The position numbers and the translations under genes were made by a program. From the NCBI RefSeq assembly GCF_001194135.2, contig NC_068986.1:73787570-73851569 (forward strand): a stretch of 64,000 nucleotides of DNA, in the 5' to 3' direction. The stretch comes from Octopus bimaculoides. Its lineage: Eukaryota. Below, one piece after another: positions 50,565 to 64,000 of this stretch (its first letter is position 1; each line of letters begins with the position of its first letter). Under the pieces are notes generated by a model. That model did no database searches. It had not been told where the DNA came from and was given only the letters and a program-made list of their open reading frames with translations.

Positions 50565-51074
50565 CATATATATAAAATATTGTATAGGAGTCTATACATG
50601 GAGATGGGACCATCATGTGGATTCCTTACATGCTAGAGAGGGCAGTCAAAATCCAAACTGCGAAAGAGATATTCTTACATTGCATGTTCTTGTAGAACAC
50701 TTGAATGAATAAAAATCTCAGTTAACCCTATACCCATGAATTTCACCATTAATGATCAAATAAATCAATTAGTCAATCAATTGATTAATTAACCATTCAT
50801 GGCTCGTTAGTAAGGTCGCTGGAAAATGCATAATTATGAAACTATAATACATACCAAAAATACAAAGTAAACATATGTGCACTTAAGTTCTATCTTTATA
50901 CATCAAGAATTCAGATCAAATGCCCCCAATCAATGTGCAGAGTTAGAGTAGTACAGTAGTGAATAAATTCACCATATATTATCCAACTAAAAATCTAAAT
51001 ATTTAACTATGTAAATACAGGGTAAAAATTATTAAACTGACAATTAATGCCAGTATTATCCTGTATTTATATAG

Positions 51075-51112
<38 letters not shown>

Positions 51113-51116
<4 letters not shown>

Positions 51117-51343
51117 AAAAATATGTGACACTTATTCAGTAGCCATGATAAAACTCCGAGTTTCAAATGCTGGAGTGGGAGCCCACGCCAACATCTCTTC
51201 AGTTGGTGTGGTTCCCACCCCGGCATCCAAAACTCGGAGTTTTATCATGGCTACTGAATAAGTGTCACATATTTTTACAGATAAATTCCTCTATTTGCAT
51301 AATATCGAGGTCTCTTTCTTTCTTTTGTTGTCCTTCCTATCAA

Positions 51344-51345
<2 letters not shown>
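51113..51345. mobile_element. (TA)n-embedded Penelope-like inverted terminal repeat pair
   Basis: ~67-bp inverted arms 51114-51180 / 51213-51279; hammerhead core on the minus strand (TCTTCAG at 51196-51202). Confidence 0.65.
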
Positions 51346-51383
<38 letters not shown>

Positions 51384-51825
51384 CAACCAAAAGCACATAT
51401 ATATAGGTATATATGTTTGATAAACAGACTGGAATATATTTAGGCACTTAAACCACTCTGCGATCACTTTGACACTTGACACGTACACTCTGTACCTATT
51501 CAGGCAACACCAATTTGATGGAGGGAGCGAGCTAATGTATGGCACATACATTTGATTACTATAAACAAATCATTTGTGTAGATCATTTGACAAAAGCTGA
51601 ACACTCACACATCATTTTCAATAGGAGGGTCCATCACATATATATATGAGGCGTGTTCAAAAAGTATCTAACTTTATTTTTCCTGTTGAAACTAATGCTA
51701 TGTGGGTAAAATCCTTTGGGTGAGAGGTGACATCACCCATCCTGTGCAAGTGGGAATCTCTCTCAATAAACTCCATCTGATCCATGCAGGCATGGAAAAG
51801 TGGATGTTAAAATGAATGAAATGAT

Positions 51826-52150
51826 ATCTTTTATCTTTTACTTGTTTCAGTCATTAGACTGTGGCCATGCTTGTGCACTGCCTTGAAGAACTTTTAGTCG
51901 AATTTATCTACCCCAATACCTTTTTAAGCCTGATACTTATTCTATCAATCTCTCTTGCCAAACTGCTAAGTTACGGGTACATAAACACACCAACACTAGT
52001 TGACAAATGGTGATGGGGGGATAAACACACACACACACAGATATATATGTATACATTTATATGATAGCTTTGGTTGGCCTGAGGCTATAGTAGAAGATAG
52101 TTGCCTAAAGTGCCACACAGTGGGACTGAACCTGGAACCATCACACAGCC
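51826..52150 (-). mobile_element. SINE A
   Basis: Family match with internal deletion. Confidence 0.8.
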
Positions 52151-53071
52151 AATGACGATGAGGGTATATGCACACCCAGTTGTAACCATAGTAAAGGACA
52201 TATGATATAATTATACCTTTTGAGCCTTAAGCATAATCAGTGTTATAATGATGGTTTCTCTCTTTCTCATCCCTCTCTTTCACCTTCTCTCTCTCTCTCT
52301 AACACACACACACACATATACACACATACACATATCTGCATTTGTGAAATTATATTTTGATGAGCTGTTGTTAAACTTCATTTTTTTTAAATTTCAAATC
52401 TCAGGGAGACGCCTTTACTTTTTATTCCTTCAGGGTAAATAAAACAAAGACGATCTTTCGTTGGTTATATACCTCTTTATCCCTCCAGAAATGTTCTTTT
52501 CTGAAAACCAAATGGATCAATGCTTAATCTTATGTTGCTAATAGAATTGATAAAAAACAAGGAAAAGCACCCTTAGAAAAAAAAAAAATGGATCTATTAG
52601 AGGAAGCTATATGTACATACACACAAGCATGCACACATACACACACTTACACATACATATACATACATAAACATAAAGAAGAAAACAGTTTCATACATAT
52701 TAGATTAATTATGTTTATTCTAAACCTCGTTATTGGAAATCCCTTTTATTTCCTTTTTTCCTTTTTTCCTCATTCATTTTTTTTTTCTATGATTCTTTCT
52801 TGTTAGCAACATAATACCGAAAAGGACTTCCCTCAGAATATAAAAGAAAAAATATTTTCCCAGAACAACACATGATTCCAGCAAAGTTTTAGCTAGTGTT
52901 TAGTTGAATAACTCATATACAAACAATACATGTTCAGCTTCCTCTGTCACATATGGCTTCTATTTCTAACTCAATTTTTCGCTCTCTTCCTTTCATTTAT
53001 TTTCGGTTTTTGTTTTACCATTTCTCAGCTGTCTTTTGTTTCCACTTGCACTTCTTTTCTTTTCAGACCAC

Positions 53072-53074
<3 letters not shown>

Positions 53075-53127
<53 letters not shown>

Positions 53128-53140
53128 TNNNNNNNNNNTT

Positions 53141-53188
<48 letters not shown>
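53075..53188. repeat. (TTTC)n tetranucleotide repeat
   Basis: Directly visible, with a 10-N gap. Confidence 0.95.
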
Positions 53189-53214
53189 TCCCCTCTCTCA
53201 CTTTATATATATTC

Positions 53215-54040
53215 ATTTTGCATGTTTCAGTCATTTGACTGCAGCCCTGCTGGAGCACCGCATTGAAGGGTTTTAGTCAAGCAAATCAACCCCCCAAGAC
53301 TTATTTCTTAAGCCTAGTACTTATTATATCGGTCTCTTTTACTGAACCACTAAGCTATGGGAACATAAATGCACCAACATCGGTTGTCAAGCAGTGATGG
53401 GGGGACAAACACAAAGACACACACAGATATATATATATGTATATACATACATACATACACACGGTGGGTTTCTTTCGGTTTCAGTCTACCAAATCTACTC
53501 ACAAGGCTTTGGTAGGCCCGGGGCTATAGTAGAAGATATATTTGCTCAAGGTACCATGCAGTGGGACTGAACCCAGGACCATGTGGTTGGGAGGCAATCT
53601 TTTTACCACACATCTACACCTGTGTGTGTGTGTGTATCTCTATTCTTTTCTTCTCATCTTTTTACTTACTTCAGTCATTGGACTGTGGCCATGCTGAGGC
53701 CACCCCCTTGAAGGGTTTAGTCAAGCAAATTCGCCCTAGTACTTCCTTTTTGAATCTGGTGCTTATTGTGTCAGTTTCTTTGGCTGAACCACTAAGTTGT
53801 AGGGATGCAAACAAACTAGCATCAGTTGTCAAGTGCACAATCACAAAGGCAAACACACACACATATATATAGTTTCTGTCTACCAAATTCAATCACAAAA
53901 CATTGGTTGGCTTCGGTCTATAATAGAAGACACTTGCCCAAGGTACCATGCTGTGGGCACTTACCCAAAGTACCATGCCCAATGTACTCAAAACCACATG
54001 GTTGCAAAGTGAGCTTCTTAATGACACAGCCATTCCTGAC
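53215..54040 (-). mobile_element. Two tandem SINE A copies
   Basis: Copies at ~53215-53620 and ~53650-54040. Confidence 0.8.
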
Positions 54041-54573
54041 ATATGTATGCATTCATATACATATATGCATGTGTATACATGATGTCAGTTCTCTTGTGAC
54101 TTAGGAAGACCATCACTATCAAATATAATATGTCGCTTTGAATTAATCATGCATTATCTTGTAACTTCGAGAGTTTAATAATGTGGCAGTTTATTTTTAG
54201 AAGGACATTGTAGAGTAGGTGTGAGAGGCCGGATTTGGTCAGTTTGAACATAAAGCAGGTAGAATATTTTAGTCAGCTATGGCCAGTTTGAAGGTGTGTG
54301 TCTCAGTGGTAGGAGCGTTGGGCTCACAATTATGAAGGACACATTCTTTGTAAGCCTAGTACTTATTCAATCGGCCTCATTTTCCAAACCACTAAGTTAT
54401 GGGGATGTAACCACACTAACACCGGTTGTCAAGTGGTGATGTGGGGGACAAACAAAGAAACTTTAATTTCATTAAGCCTTCTAAAGTCCCAATCAGAGGA
54501 ATATAATGCTGAAAACAATTTTGAAAGTGGTCAAATTTAAAGGTGATCACTGTAGCACTAAAATGTAGCTATG

Positions 54574-54639
<66 letters not shown>

Positions 54640-56021
54640 TGTGCATACACACATAGCTGTATGCAGGTATGTAGACACTCACACATGTAAACAATAAACA
54701 TTAAAATCTGAGCTAAGTAGTGATGGTCTGTATTGAAAGTTAGTGAGTATAAACAATTGAAAAGACAAAAAAAAATCAGAGTGGGTGTGTTGAATAGACT
54801 CCTGACTTTTTTTTTGTGCTTGTGTGTTTTCGTTTTCTTTTTTATTTTTTAAGCTTCTTTCAGAATCCTTATATTTTCAGCCACAGAAATTATGACTTTA
54901 CCTTGGAACAGCTTTTCAAAATTTTACATATCCATTCCATAAATTCTTTTGTTTTTCACATTTTTCAAAAATTTGAGGGGAATTCCAGGTGAAAAACGTA
55001 GCGATAATAATTTCTGAAAAAAAAAAAACAAAAAAAAAGAATCTGCTTTTAAAACTTCAATTATTTTAAAATCCCTAATCTCCCTCCCCAACTTTCAGAA
55101 TACCTTCCTCACTCTTGTACCATCATTCTGCATATTTATAAACTTGACTGCTCATTTCCACATGCATGAATGCTTGGCATTAAAACAGCAGACAAAATGA
55201 GGGAGGCCTTAGTGTAGTTGCTTGACATGCTTGAAATAACAGCCAAATGTTTGAGAAGAAGTTTTTTCCAAAATTTCAATCTTAAAAACCAACTCTTTTC
55301 CCAATTACCAGAATAACAATGCCCATTGTGCATGCATGGATGTCTGTTGAATAAGTAGATAATACAAGGCAGGCCTCAATGTGGTTGCTTGACATGCTAG
55401 AAATGACAGCCAATGCTTTGAAAAAAATGTTTTCCAAAATTCCATCCATTTTAAATCACTCATTACCTAACAATATTTGAAATCCTTAACATTCATTCTC
55501 CACCCATTCTTATGATTTATTTGGTCTATTTTATTAGTTGTTATATAATATGACAATCTAATTTGAGTTACTTGAAATGGTAATATCCCATGTCCAATAA
55601 TATTATGTGGTATAATTCTCTCAGGTCACTTTGGTGATTAATGCAAATTCCTTATATTTCTATTCACATGGGAGTCACTAAGTAAACTAATGAAGTCCCT
55701 ACAGTCATTTGTTGCAAATTTTACTGGTTAAATTATTATTAAGAACAGATTCTGAATTGATGTTGAATTTGAATAGTGAAATAAAACAAAATGACAACAA
55801 CTTAACTATTGGAACTAGATTTATTAACACCTATAAACTTTATTCAACTCTACATACAACATCAGTCATTCTGGAAAGACAAGTCCTACAAAGTAATTAA
55901 AATTGTGTTTGAATTTCCCTGACCATATAACCATTGTCAGCCAGTGATTGAATATTACCTATACTGGTGAAACTTGCAGACTACTGATATAGTTAAAATG
56001 TTCACTTCAGTTTGCAATCAT

Positions 56022-56364
56022 AGGTGCAGGGGTGGTTAAATGGCAAGAAGTTTTCTTCCAAACCTTATGGTTCCTTGTTCATCCCCACTGCGTGATATTT
56101 TGGACAAGTATTTTCTACTATGACCTTGGGCCAGCCAAAGCCTTGTGAGTGAATCTGGTCAATGGAAACTGAAAAAATCCCATTGTATATATATAAATAT
56201 ATATATATATCTGGAGAATCTACTAGAATAGATGCAAGTGCTAATATATGATTTATAAAAGCATGTGACATATTAATAAAAATCTGTAAATTTACAACCA
56301 TCCAGATATCTGAGTACCTTATTTTTTCTAATATATAATTCCTGTATATCAACTCCAAACCTCC

Positions 56365-56409
<45 letters not shown>

Positions 56410-56640
56410 AATAAGTGTGTGTTTTTGTGTCTGTGTTTCTGTGTTTGTCCCCCACCACCACTTGACAACTGGTGCTGGTGTGTTTATACCCCTGTAACTT
56501 AGTAGTTCAGCAAAAGTGATGATAGAATAAGTGGCAGGCTTAAAAAAAAATATTTCTGATGCCACTTGATTTGACTAAGAAGTTCTTCAAAGTGGTGTCC
56601 CAGCATGGACACAGTCTAATGACTGAAACAAGTAAAAGAT
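56022..56640 (+). mobile_element. SINE A carrying a family G insertion
   Basis: Head at 56022, body resumes after ~56400. Confidence 0.8.
56212..56365 (-). mobile_element. (TA)n-embedded short element, family G, inside the internal microsatellite of a SINE A copy
   Basis: Reverse complement of 6866-6990 plus a short 5' extension. Confidence 0.65.
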
Positions 56641-56844
56641 GTGGTTCTGAGTTCAGTCCCACTGAGTGACACATTTTGGGTCCTTTCTACCATAGTTTTG
56701 AATTGAACAAAACTTTGTGAATAAATATGGGTTGGCAGAATCTTTTTGAAAGCTCACTGGATGGACTGAATCTGTTCTTGCTTGGAAACAGGTGATGGTT
56801 GCTGTCAAGAAGGGTATCTGGCAACAAGAAAAACCACTTCAATT

Positions 56845-57221
56845 AGTTCCATCTAACCTGGGATCCATACCACCCTTGAAGGGTCCATATTAAATTTCTG
56901 GTGGTCCATGCAAGCAAAATAATAAATTGGAGAGCCACAGTAGTATTTTAGGGGTCCATGAAAAAATGTTGCTTTAGATGTATTTATAGCATGAAATAGC
57001 TCAGTTTCTTTCTCTAATGTTTGGCATAGTTCAAACTACACAAGTGAATGTTTGAAAATAAAAATAGGAATTTTGAAAGAAGTATCAAATGACTGTGGGG
57101 ATCGTAGCTTGCTTACCAACCACATGGCTCCGGGTTCAGTCCCGCTGCGTGGCATCTTGGGCAAGTGTCTTCTACTATATCCTCGGGCCAACCAAAGCCT
57201 TGTGAGTGAAAGAAGCCCATC

Positions 57222-57269
<48 letters not shown>

Positions 57270-57524
57270 TTGTGTGTCTGTGTTTGTTCCCCCACCATCG
57301 CTTGACAACTGATGCTGGTGTGTTTACGTCCCCGTAACTTAGCGGTGCGGCAAAAAGAGACCGATAGAATAAGTACTAGGCTTACAAAGAATAAGTCCTG
57401 GGGTCCATTTTCTCAACTAAAAGCGGTGCTCCAGCATGGCCATAGTCAAATGACTGAAACAAGTAAAAGAGTAAAAGAGCAATCAAAGGGGTCCATAGAT
57501 AGAAAAAATGGTTGAGAACCATTG
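56845..57524. mobile_element. hAT/Charlie-type MITE interrupted by a SINE
   Basis: Right end GGTTGAGAACCATTG (reverse complement CAATGGTTCTCAACC); the interior matches 58640-58913; SINE A occupies ~57105-57478. Confidence 0.6.
57105..57478 (+). mobile_element. SINE A (young) nested in hAT-type MITE
   Basis: CpG-rich family match; the MITE sequence continues on both sides. Confidence 0.88.
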
Positions 57525-58639
57525 AGGGCACTAAAACAACAATGATGATGATGAGCTCAATGGTTGTGTTAGGTTTTCTGTAATTTCAATGTTTAAGTTA
57601 CCACATGTTGTTATACACAAAACTGGTGCTATTATAAATGGGTATTACTTAATGTGTTACTTATTTGCTTGATCACTGAATTGATTTATTTTATGAAAAT
57701 AGTACATGTTAATATCTTCTACAATTGTTGTTCAAAATTTAATCTTGCATTATTTTCTTATGATTTCTACAGAAAAACATATTTCTTTAATTATTTGTTG
57801 AAAAGCAGTGCATAAAACTTCAAAAGGCACTTCTAAACACACTTCTAGATTGCCTTGGTCAAAGATGAGCTGTATATCAAGCTTTTGCAGAGCCTCCAAT
57901 ATTGGTCAGGGGAAATGTAATTTTGGATCAGAGACTAGAACCCATCATATATATATATCATATGTTGCATGTGTGTGTGTGTGTGTATGTGTTACTGTTT
58001 CCGTGCCATTTTTTTACACCTAAAGAACCATTCTGTCCTTGAGAAAGGTGACTATCTCTGAGATCGAATAAACAAATCTACCTGAAATTAGAAGCAGTGG
58101 TTGCAAGGAATGGCTTTTAATAAACAGACTTTTCAATATCCCTCTGTAAATATTCGCTTTGTTGAATAAATTAATGGCTCTTATTCAACACACACTCTAC
58201 AGCACTTAGTTCCGATAATTCCCAGTCTCTCTTGACCTTGAAGCTTTATGAAATCAATTAACTTTCTCTGATCAATCCAAAACACACCTACTTTCTTGTA
58301 TGAATGCCTACTATGATGCAAAGGAACTTTAAAGAATTCTTCATTGAACATCTATTCACCAAAATCAAAAGAGAGATAGAGGTGGAATTGAAATATAGCA
58401 ATGAAAATGAAGAGACGGCTGAATACAGTGTACTTTGCCGTCACATTTAGCTTAAATGGAGTAAGTGAAACATGAGTTTCTTCCATTATTCAGTATCCAC
58501 TTGTATTAACTACTCTTATATAGTCAATTAGTACTGAAAAATCGTGGTTTCACTTTAGAACTCTTCAAATAAATGTTAGTATTCTTAGCTCACTACATGT
58601 TAAATGAATGATCTTTCTAAGAAACTATTTTCAGTTGGG

Positions 58640-58913
58640 CCTGTTTAAATTGGGAACCCAAAATAGTATTTTAAGGACCCCTGAAAAATTTTGCTTCAGA
58701 TGTATGTATTTGTATGTATTGCAAGAAACACTAGGTTTCTTTTTCTAACATTTTACATAGTTCAACCTACACAAATTAATGTGTGAAAAACAAAGTAGAA
58801 ATTTTGGAATAAGTTTCTATAAAACATCAAATCACTCTAGGGAGCTCGGTGTCCACCAGAATAAAATAGTAATCAAAGAGATCCATAGATTAAAAAATGG
58901 TTGAGAACCCCTG
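58640..58913. mobile_element. hAT/Charlie-type MITE, left end decayed
   Basis: Right end GGTTGAGAACCCCTG (reverse complement CAGGGGTTCTCAACC); homologous to 56845-57524. Confidence 0.6.
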
Positions 58914-59904
58914 GTGTAAAGGAATTAGCTTAAATACTGCAAACCATTTTGTCTCATATTCTGCCAAATGTGCCAAGATCATTAATGGTTTCCAGGTAAT
59001 TATCATTTCTGTAATAGGTGAGCTGGTACTTAGAACATCAGTAATGACTTCTAGTTAGTTAACTCTTCGGTAAAAGGTGAATTTGTCTCTGGAAGATCAT
59101 TAACGAATTCTGGGCAGTTAATAGCCATTACTTGACCATTCTAAACAAATTGATACCTACAAATTCTCTTGGATGGTTTACTGTTGTTGTGGCTCAGGCA
59201 TTTAGCAATTATTGATCTAATATATTCATTAAGTCCATTTGTTATTTTAGTGTTAGATAGAACAATGAAATGTTTATTTCTAATTAAAAAGCCAAAACTG
59301 TAAATTTCCATTTGATTTATATGAAAAATTTATTTGACATTAAATGTTTAGATTTAAGTAACAATATATATAAATATNNNNNNNNNNNNNNNNNNNNNNN
59401 NNNNNNNNNNNNNNNNNNNNNNNNNNNNNNNNNNNNNNNNNNNNNNNNNNNNNNNNNNNNNNNNNNNNNNNNNNNNNNNNNNNNNNNNNNNNNNNNNNNN
59501 NNNNNNNNNNNNNNNNNNNNNNNNNNNNNNNNNNNNNNNNNNNNNNNNNNNNNNNNNNNNNNNNNNNNNNNNNNNNNNNNNNNNNNNNNNNNNNNNNNNN
59601 NNNNNNNNNNNNNNNNNNNNNNNNNNNNNNNNNNNNNNNNNNNNNNNNNNNNNNNNNNNNNNNNNNNNNNNNNNNNNNNNNNNNNNNNNNNNNNNNNNNN
59701 NNNNNNNNNNNNNNNNNNNNNNNNNNNNNNNNNNNNNNNNNNNNNNNNNNNNNNNNNNNNNNNNNNNNNNNNNNNNNNNNNNNNNNNNNNNNNNNNNNNN
59801 NNNNNNNNNNNNNNNNNNNNNNNNNNNNNNNNNNNNNNNNNNNNATATATATATATATATATACGATATGTGTATTTGTGTGTGTGTGTGTGTACGTGTA
59901 CACA

Positions 59905-60067
59905 CAGCTGTGTGGTAAAGAGCTTGCTTCCCAACCACATAGTTCAGGGTTCAGTCCCACTGTGTGGCACCTTGCACAAGTGTCTTCTACTATAGTCTTG
60001 AGCCAACCAAAGCCTTGACAGTAGATTTGGTAGATGGAAATTGAAAGAAACCTCTTGTATGTATGTA

Positions 60068-60101
<34 letters not shown>

Positions 60102-60308
60102 CTATGTGAGTATGTATCTTTGTGTTTATCTTCCATCACTGCCTGACAACCAGTGTTTGTGTGTTTACATCCCCGTAACTTAGTGGTTCAGCAAAAAGTC
60201 CGATAGAATAAGTACTAGGCTTAAACAAAAATAAGTCCTGGGGTCAATTTGTTTTGACTAAAACTCTTCAAGGTGGTGTCACAGTTAAATGCCTGAAGCA
60301 AGTAAATG
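59905..60308 (+). mobile_element. SINE A
   Basis: Family match. Confidence 0.82.
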
Positions 60309-60489
60309 ATAAACGAAGTAATAAATATTAATGTGTAACACACCGATTTCAAGTTACTGAAGTTGTTTCCTTTGAATGACTTTCGAAATTATTTGATATG
60401 GACTCTAATTGCTGTTGGAGTCATTTTGTTTATGTTCTGCTGTTTTCTTAGTCTCATAATGCTTAACTAATGTTTTCATTCTTTTGTTC

Positions 60490-60882
60490 TTTTACTTGTG
60501 TCGGTCATTAGACTGTGGCCATGCTGGGGCACCACCTAGAAGAATTTTTTAGTGGAATGAATCGACCCCCAGTACTTAATTTTTTAAGCCTGGTACTTAT
60601 TGGGCTCTTTTACCATGAAGTTACGGGGACATAAACACACTAACACCAGTTGTTAAGTGGTGATGGGGGACAAACACAGACACAAAGACATACACATAAC
60701 TATAAACATATATATATATATATGATGGGCTTCTCTCAGTTTCCATCTACCTAATCCACTCACAAGGCTTTGGTTGGCCCAAGGCTAAAGTAGAAGACAC
60801 TTGTCCAAGGTTCCACGCAGTGGGACTGAACCCAGAACCATGTGGCTGGCAAGCAAGTTTCTTACCACACAGCCACACCTGT
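60490..60882 (-). mobile_element. SINE A
   Basis: Family match. Confidence 0.82.
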
Positions 60883-62036
60883 ACATATCATGTTCATAAA
60901 TTTTGATGTTCAAATTAATTCTCTCCTTTTTCTCATTGGTAAATCTAATCAATATATATATAATACACTATGTGTCATCAATATATATTTGATATGCTAT
61001 ATGTATTTGTATATGCACTTATTCCACTATTCATTATTTTAGTTCATATATTTCATTATATTACATCATTACCTTTTATTTTCAACTTACTGAGAGGTAT
61101 CACATACTCAACTTTAGCCTATTTACTTATTACACTGCGTGCATGTTTTTCCTCCTTTAAGCAGAACAAAAAAAAAAAAAAAAAAAAANNNNNNNNNNAA
61201 AAAAAAAAAAAAAAAAAAATTCAGAAGGCCAAGTTGGTGCCTCCTTATGTCTATAGAAGAAATATTTTTCTTCAGGAACTTTTGCAGTGAATATGACTAA
61301 TAATGCTTATTATGTACATTTGTATCCTTTGCATGGAATGTGTCAGATATGTTGTAAATGTGCAGCTTTAGCATAAACTAAATCTGCTGTCCCTGGAAAA
61401 CCTTTTGAAAATGTCTGTAACCTGTTTGTAAGATCATGTTTCCATGAACTTACAATAACAAAATACCAAAATATATACATATTATGTATATATTTTGGTA
61501 TTTTTGAATGTATATACATGTGCAACATTTGTGAAATTAGGTAGAGCATTTATTGTAGAAAAATAACATAATGTAGATAATGAGTGAATCATTGACTACA
61601 ACATTTTTTCATATATATATATTCGTTTCAATTTTTTTTAGAAAGCCAGCGATTTGGTGGGAGGGGGTAGGTCAATGACATTGCCCCAGTGCTCGACTGG
61701 TACTTACTTTATCAACTCTGAAAGGATGAAAGGCAAAGCTGACTGCAATGGAATTTGAACTCTGAATGTAAAAATAAGATGAAATGCTGCTAAGCATTTT
61801 GTCCGGTGTGCAAATGATTCTACCAGCTTGCCACCTAGAGAACATATTATACATGTTAAAAGTAATCAAACCTGTATAATATTTGTGGAATGACGTGTAT
61901 AATTTTATTAAGGCAGCGAGCTGGCAGAAATGTTANNNNNNNNNNNNNNNNNNNNNNNNNNNNNNNNNNNNNNNNNNNNNNNNNNNNNNNNNNNNNNNNN
62001 NNNNNNNNNNNNNNNNNNNNNNNNNNNNNNNNNNNT

Positions 62037-62405
62037 GTGTGGTAAGTAGCTTGCTTACAAACCACATGGTTCCAGGTTCAGTCCTACTGTGTAGCACCTT
62101 GGACAAGTGTCTTCTACTACAGCCTAGGACAGACCAAAGCCTTGTGAGTGGATTTGGTAGAGAGAAACTGAAAGAAGTCCATTGTAGATATGTATGTGTG
62201 TGTTTGCGTGTCTGTGTTTCTCGCCCCATCATCACTTGACAACCAATCTTGGTGTGTTTACATCCCTGTAACTTAGTGATTTGGCAAAAGCGACTGATAG
62301 AATAAATACTAGGCTTACAAAGAATAAGTCCTGAGGTTGACTTGTTTGACTAAAGAGGTGGTTCTCCAGCATGGCTGCAGTCAAATGACTGAAACAAATA
62401 AAAGA
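62037..62405 (+). mobile_element. SINE A
   Basis: Family match after the N gap. Confidence 0.85.
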
Positions 62406-64000
62406 ATATATATTGGTAAAAACAAGGTAAAGGTCATTAATTTAAAGTACATTTAAGAATAACAATGGAACATTTACTGATACTGAGAGTAGAGTCAAAT
62501 TTGTGAAAATTAGTTCTACTGAGACTTCACCACACACACACACACACACACACACAAATGTGCGTGTTTACGTATGTGTGTATGTTGTAGACAGTGAGAT
62601 GTGATTTGGGGTGGGGGATTTGACTACAATTTCTTGCAACCTAATGGAGTTTTCTCTTGCTGGTTCATACTTACGTATGTATATTCAATAGTCACTAAAA
62701 AAATATTGCTATTGAATAGATTGCTATTTTTTGTCTTTTTCCTTTTTTTGGTGCAATCATTGGCATCAATTCTGATTTAAAAGGTCTTATTTGGTTATTC
62801 TGATGTCTGTGTTTAATATAAGAAGCATAGATGATATATCTGTTCTGTTTTTATTTGACAGTTGGATATGTAAAGATATGTCTGTCTTCAAGCTAGAAAA
62901 CAATTTCATTCTCAAATAGGAACAGGCATGGCTTTGTGGTCTGGAGCTTGCTTATCAACCATATGGTTCACTGTTTAGCCCTTCTGCATGGCACCTTGGG
63001 CAAGTGTCTGCTTGGGCAAGTGTCTTCAATTCATTCGACTAAAATATCTTCAAGGTGGTGCCCTAGGATGTCTGCTGTCTAATGAGTGAAACATTTAGAA
63101 GATACATAGGGAGGCTATATTGAGTTGCTTACAATTGATTGCCTCCTTGAAAATTTTTTAACCCCTACTCACTTTCTAATAGAGGAATCTAGGAAACAGA
63201 AATTGCTAACTGTTCAGTAAAAGCAGAAACGAAAGCAGTATGATACTAGGGTACACCAATAGCTAGAGTAATTTAAATCTTTCCAAATGACAATAAAAGA
63301 TTCAAAAGCAGAAAAGCAAAGGAATACTATAACTACACCATGCAATCGAACTGGATCAGTTATATGGTTGGGTTACACTCATGTCGGCTACTTGACCCTT
63401 TCAAATAATAATACAAATATAAGATTCAGATTGCATTATTTTTGCTACAAAATTTACTGCAGAATCAAATAGATTTAAATCATCTTTGGATTCTGTTAAG
63501 GAAATTCCATGGAAAAAGAGTTTTCTATTTACCAGTAGTCTTTTAAATCTAGAATTGTTCCAGTAATGAAAAAAATCTCATTAAAATAATTGAAAATATT
63601 CTCCTAAATGAAAATAGTAGCATAAAAGAAAAATGACTTGTGTGAATGCTACAAAAAATACCATATCATTTATAGGGAAAAACTAAACCATTTTTTGAGT
63701 CAGGAATTGGTACAAATATATTTGTTAAGACACAAATAAACTATCAATGTCACCATTATATTTGCTCAAGTCCCTTATTAAAAGCTTTGTAATGAAGTAT
63801 TCATCCAAGTAATGCTGTAGCTATTTACTCCTGAAAGCCTTCTTCCTCTGCATGATTGAGCTCTCATATGAAACTCTTCCCTGTTAAATAGTATGGATCA
63901 TGTGACCATTGGGCTGAGTCACATGACACAGTATGCAAAATTGGCAGTGCTGCAACACCATAAATATCAATTCTCTTCTTTCTCTTTTATAAAGTATTTG

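Noticed and set aside
54902-55013. Minus-strand segment with a strong poly-T acceptor and an AAG|GTAAAG donor
   Set aside because: All three frames contain stops before the donor; the peptide IIIATFFTWNSPQIFEKC was not recognised.
55140-55490. ~170-bp tandem duplication
   Set aside because: Both units contain a decayed common repeat fragment also seen near 13260 and 22215; ordinary.
2695-58467. TGGA|GTAAGT occurs three times (about 2696, 15788 and 58457)
   Set aside because: The upstream sequences are unrelated and share no consistent frame, and two lack a usable acceptor.

Overview
AT-rich animal genomic DNA from a gapped short-read scaffold, with many N runs that are nearly all flanked by microsatellites. 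The repeat content resembles an octopus or other coleoid cephalopod; this is inference from SINE types and microsatellite density. I cannot confidently call a host protein-coding exon, and most ORFs in the supplied track are microsatellite or N-run artefacts. The window looks like a very large intron or intergenic region. It holds at least five tRNA-headed SINE families (about 50 copies), decayed RTE LINE 3' fragments, and one full-length but dead 1267-bp mariner. It also holds piggyBac-type (TTAA), hAT-type and mariner-type MITEs, and (TA)n-embedded Penelope-like termini. Four signals deserve a second look: (1) four hammerhead-ribozyme-like cores in repeat termini; (2) an RTE ORF2 tail carrying three tandem C2H2 zinc fingers; (3) a ~158-bp foldback element whose inner stem pairs much better as minus-strand RNA; (4) several recursive-splice-site and microexon-like motifs. 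Repeat boundaries were read by eye and are approximate except where TIR/TSD positions are given.
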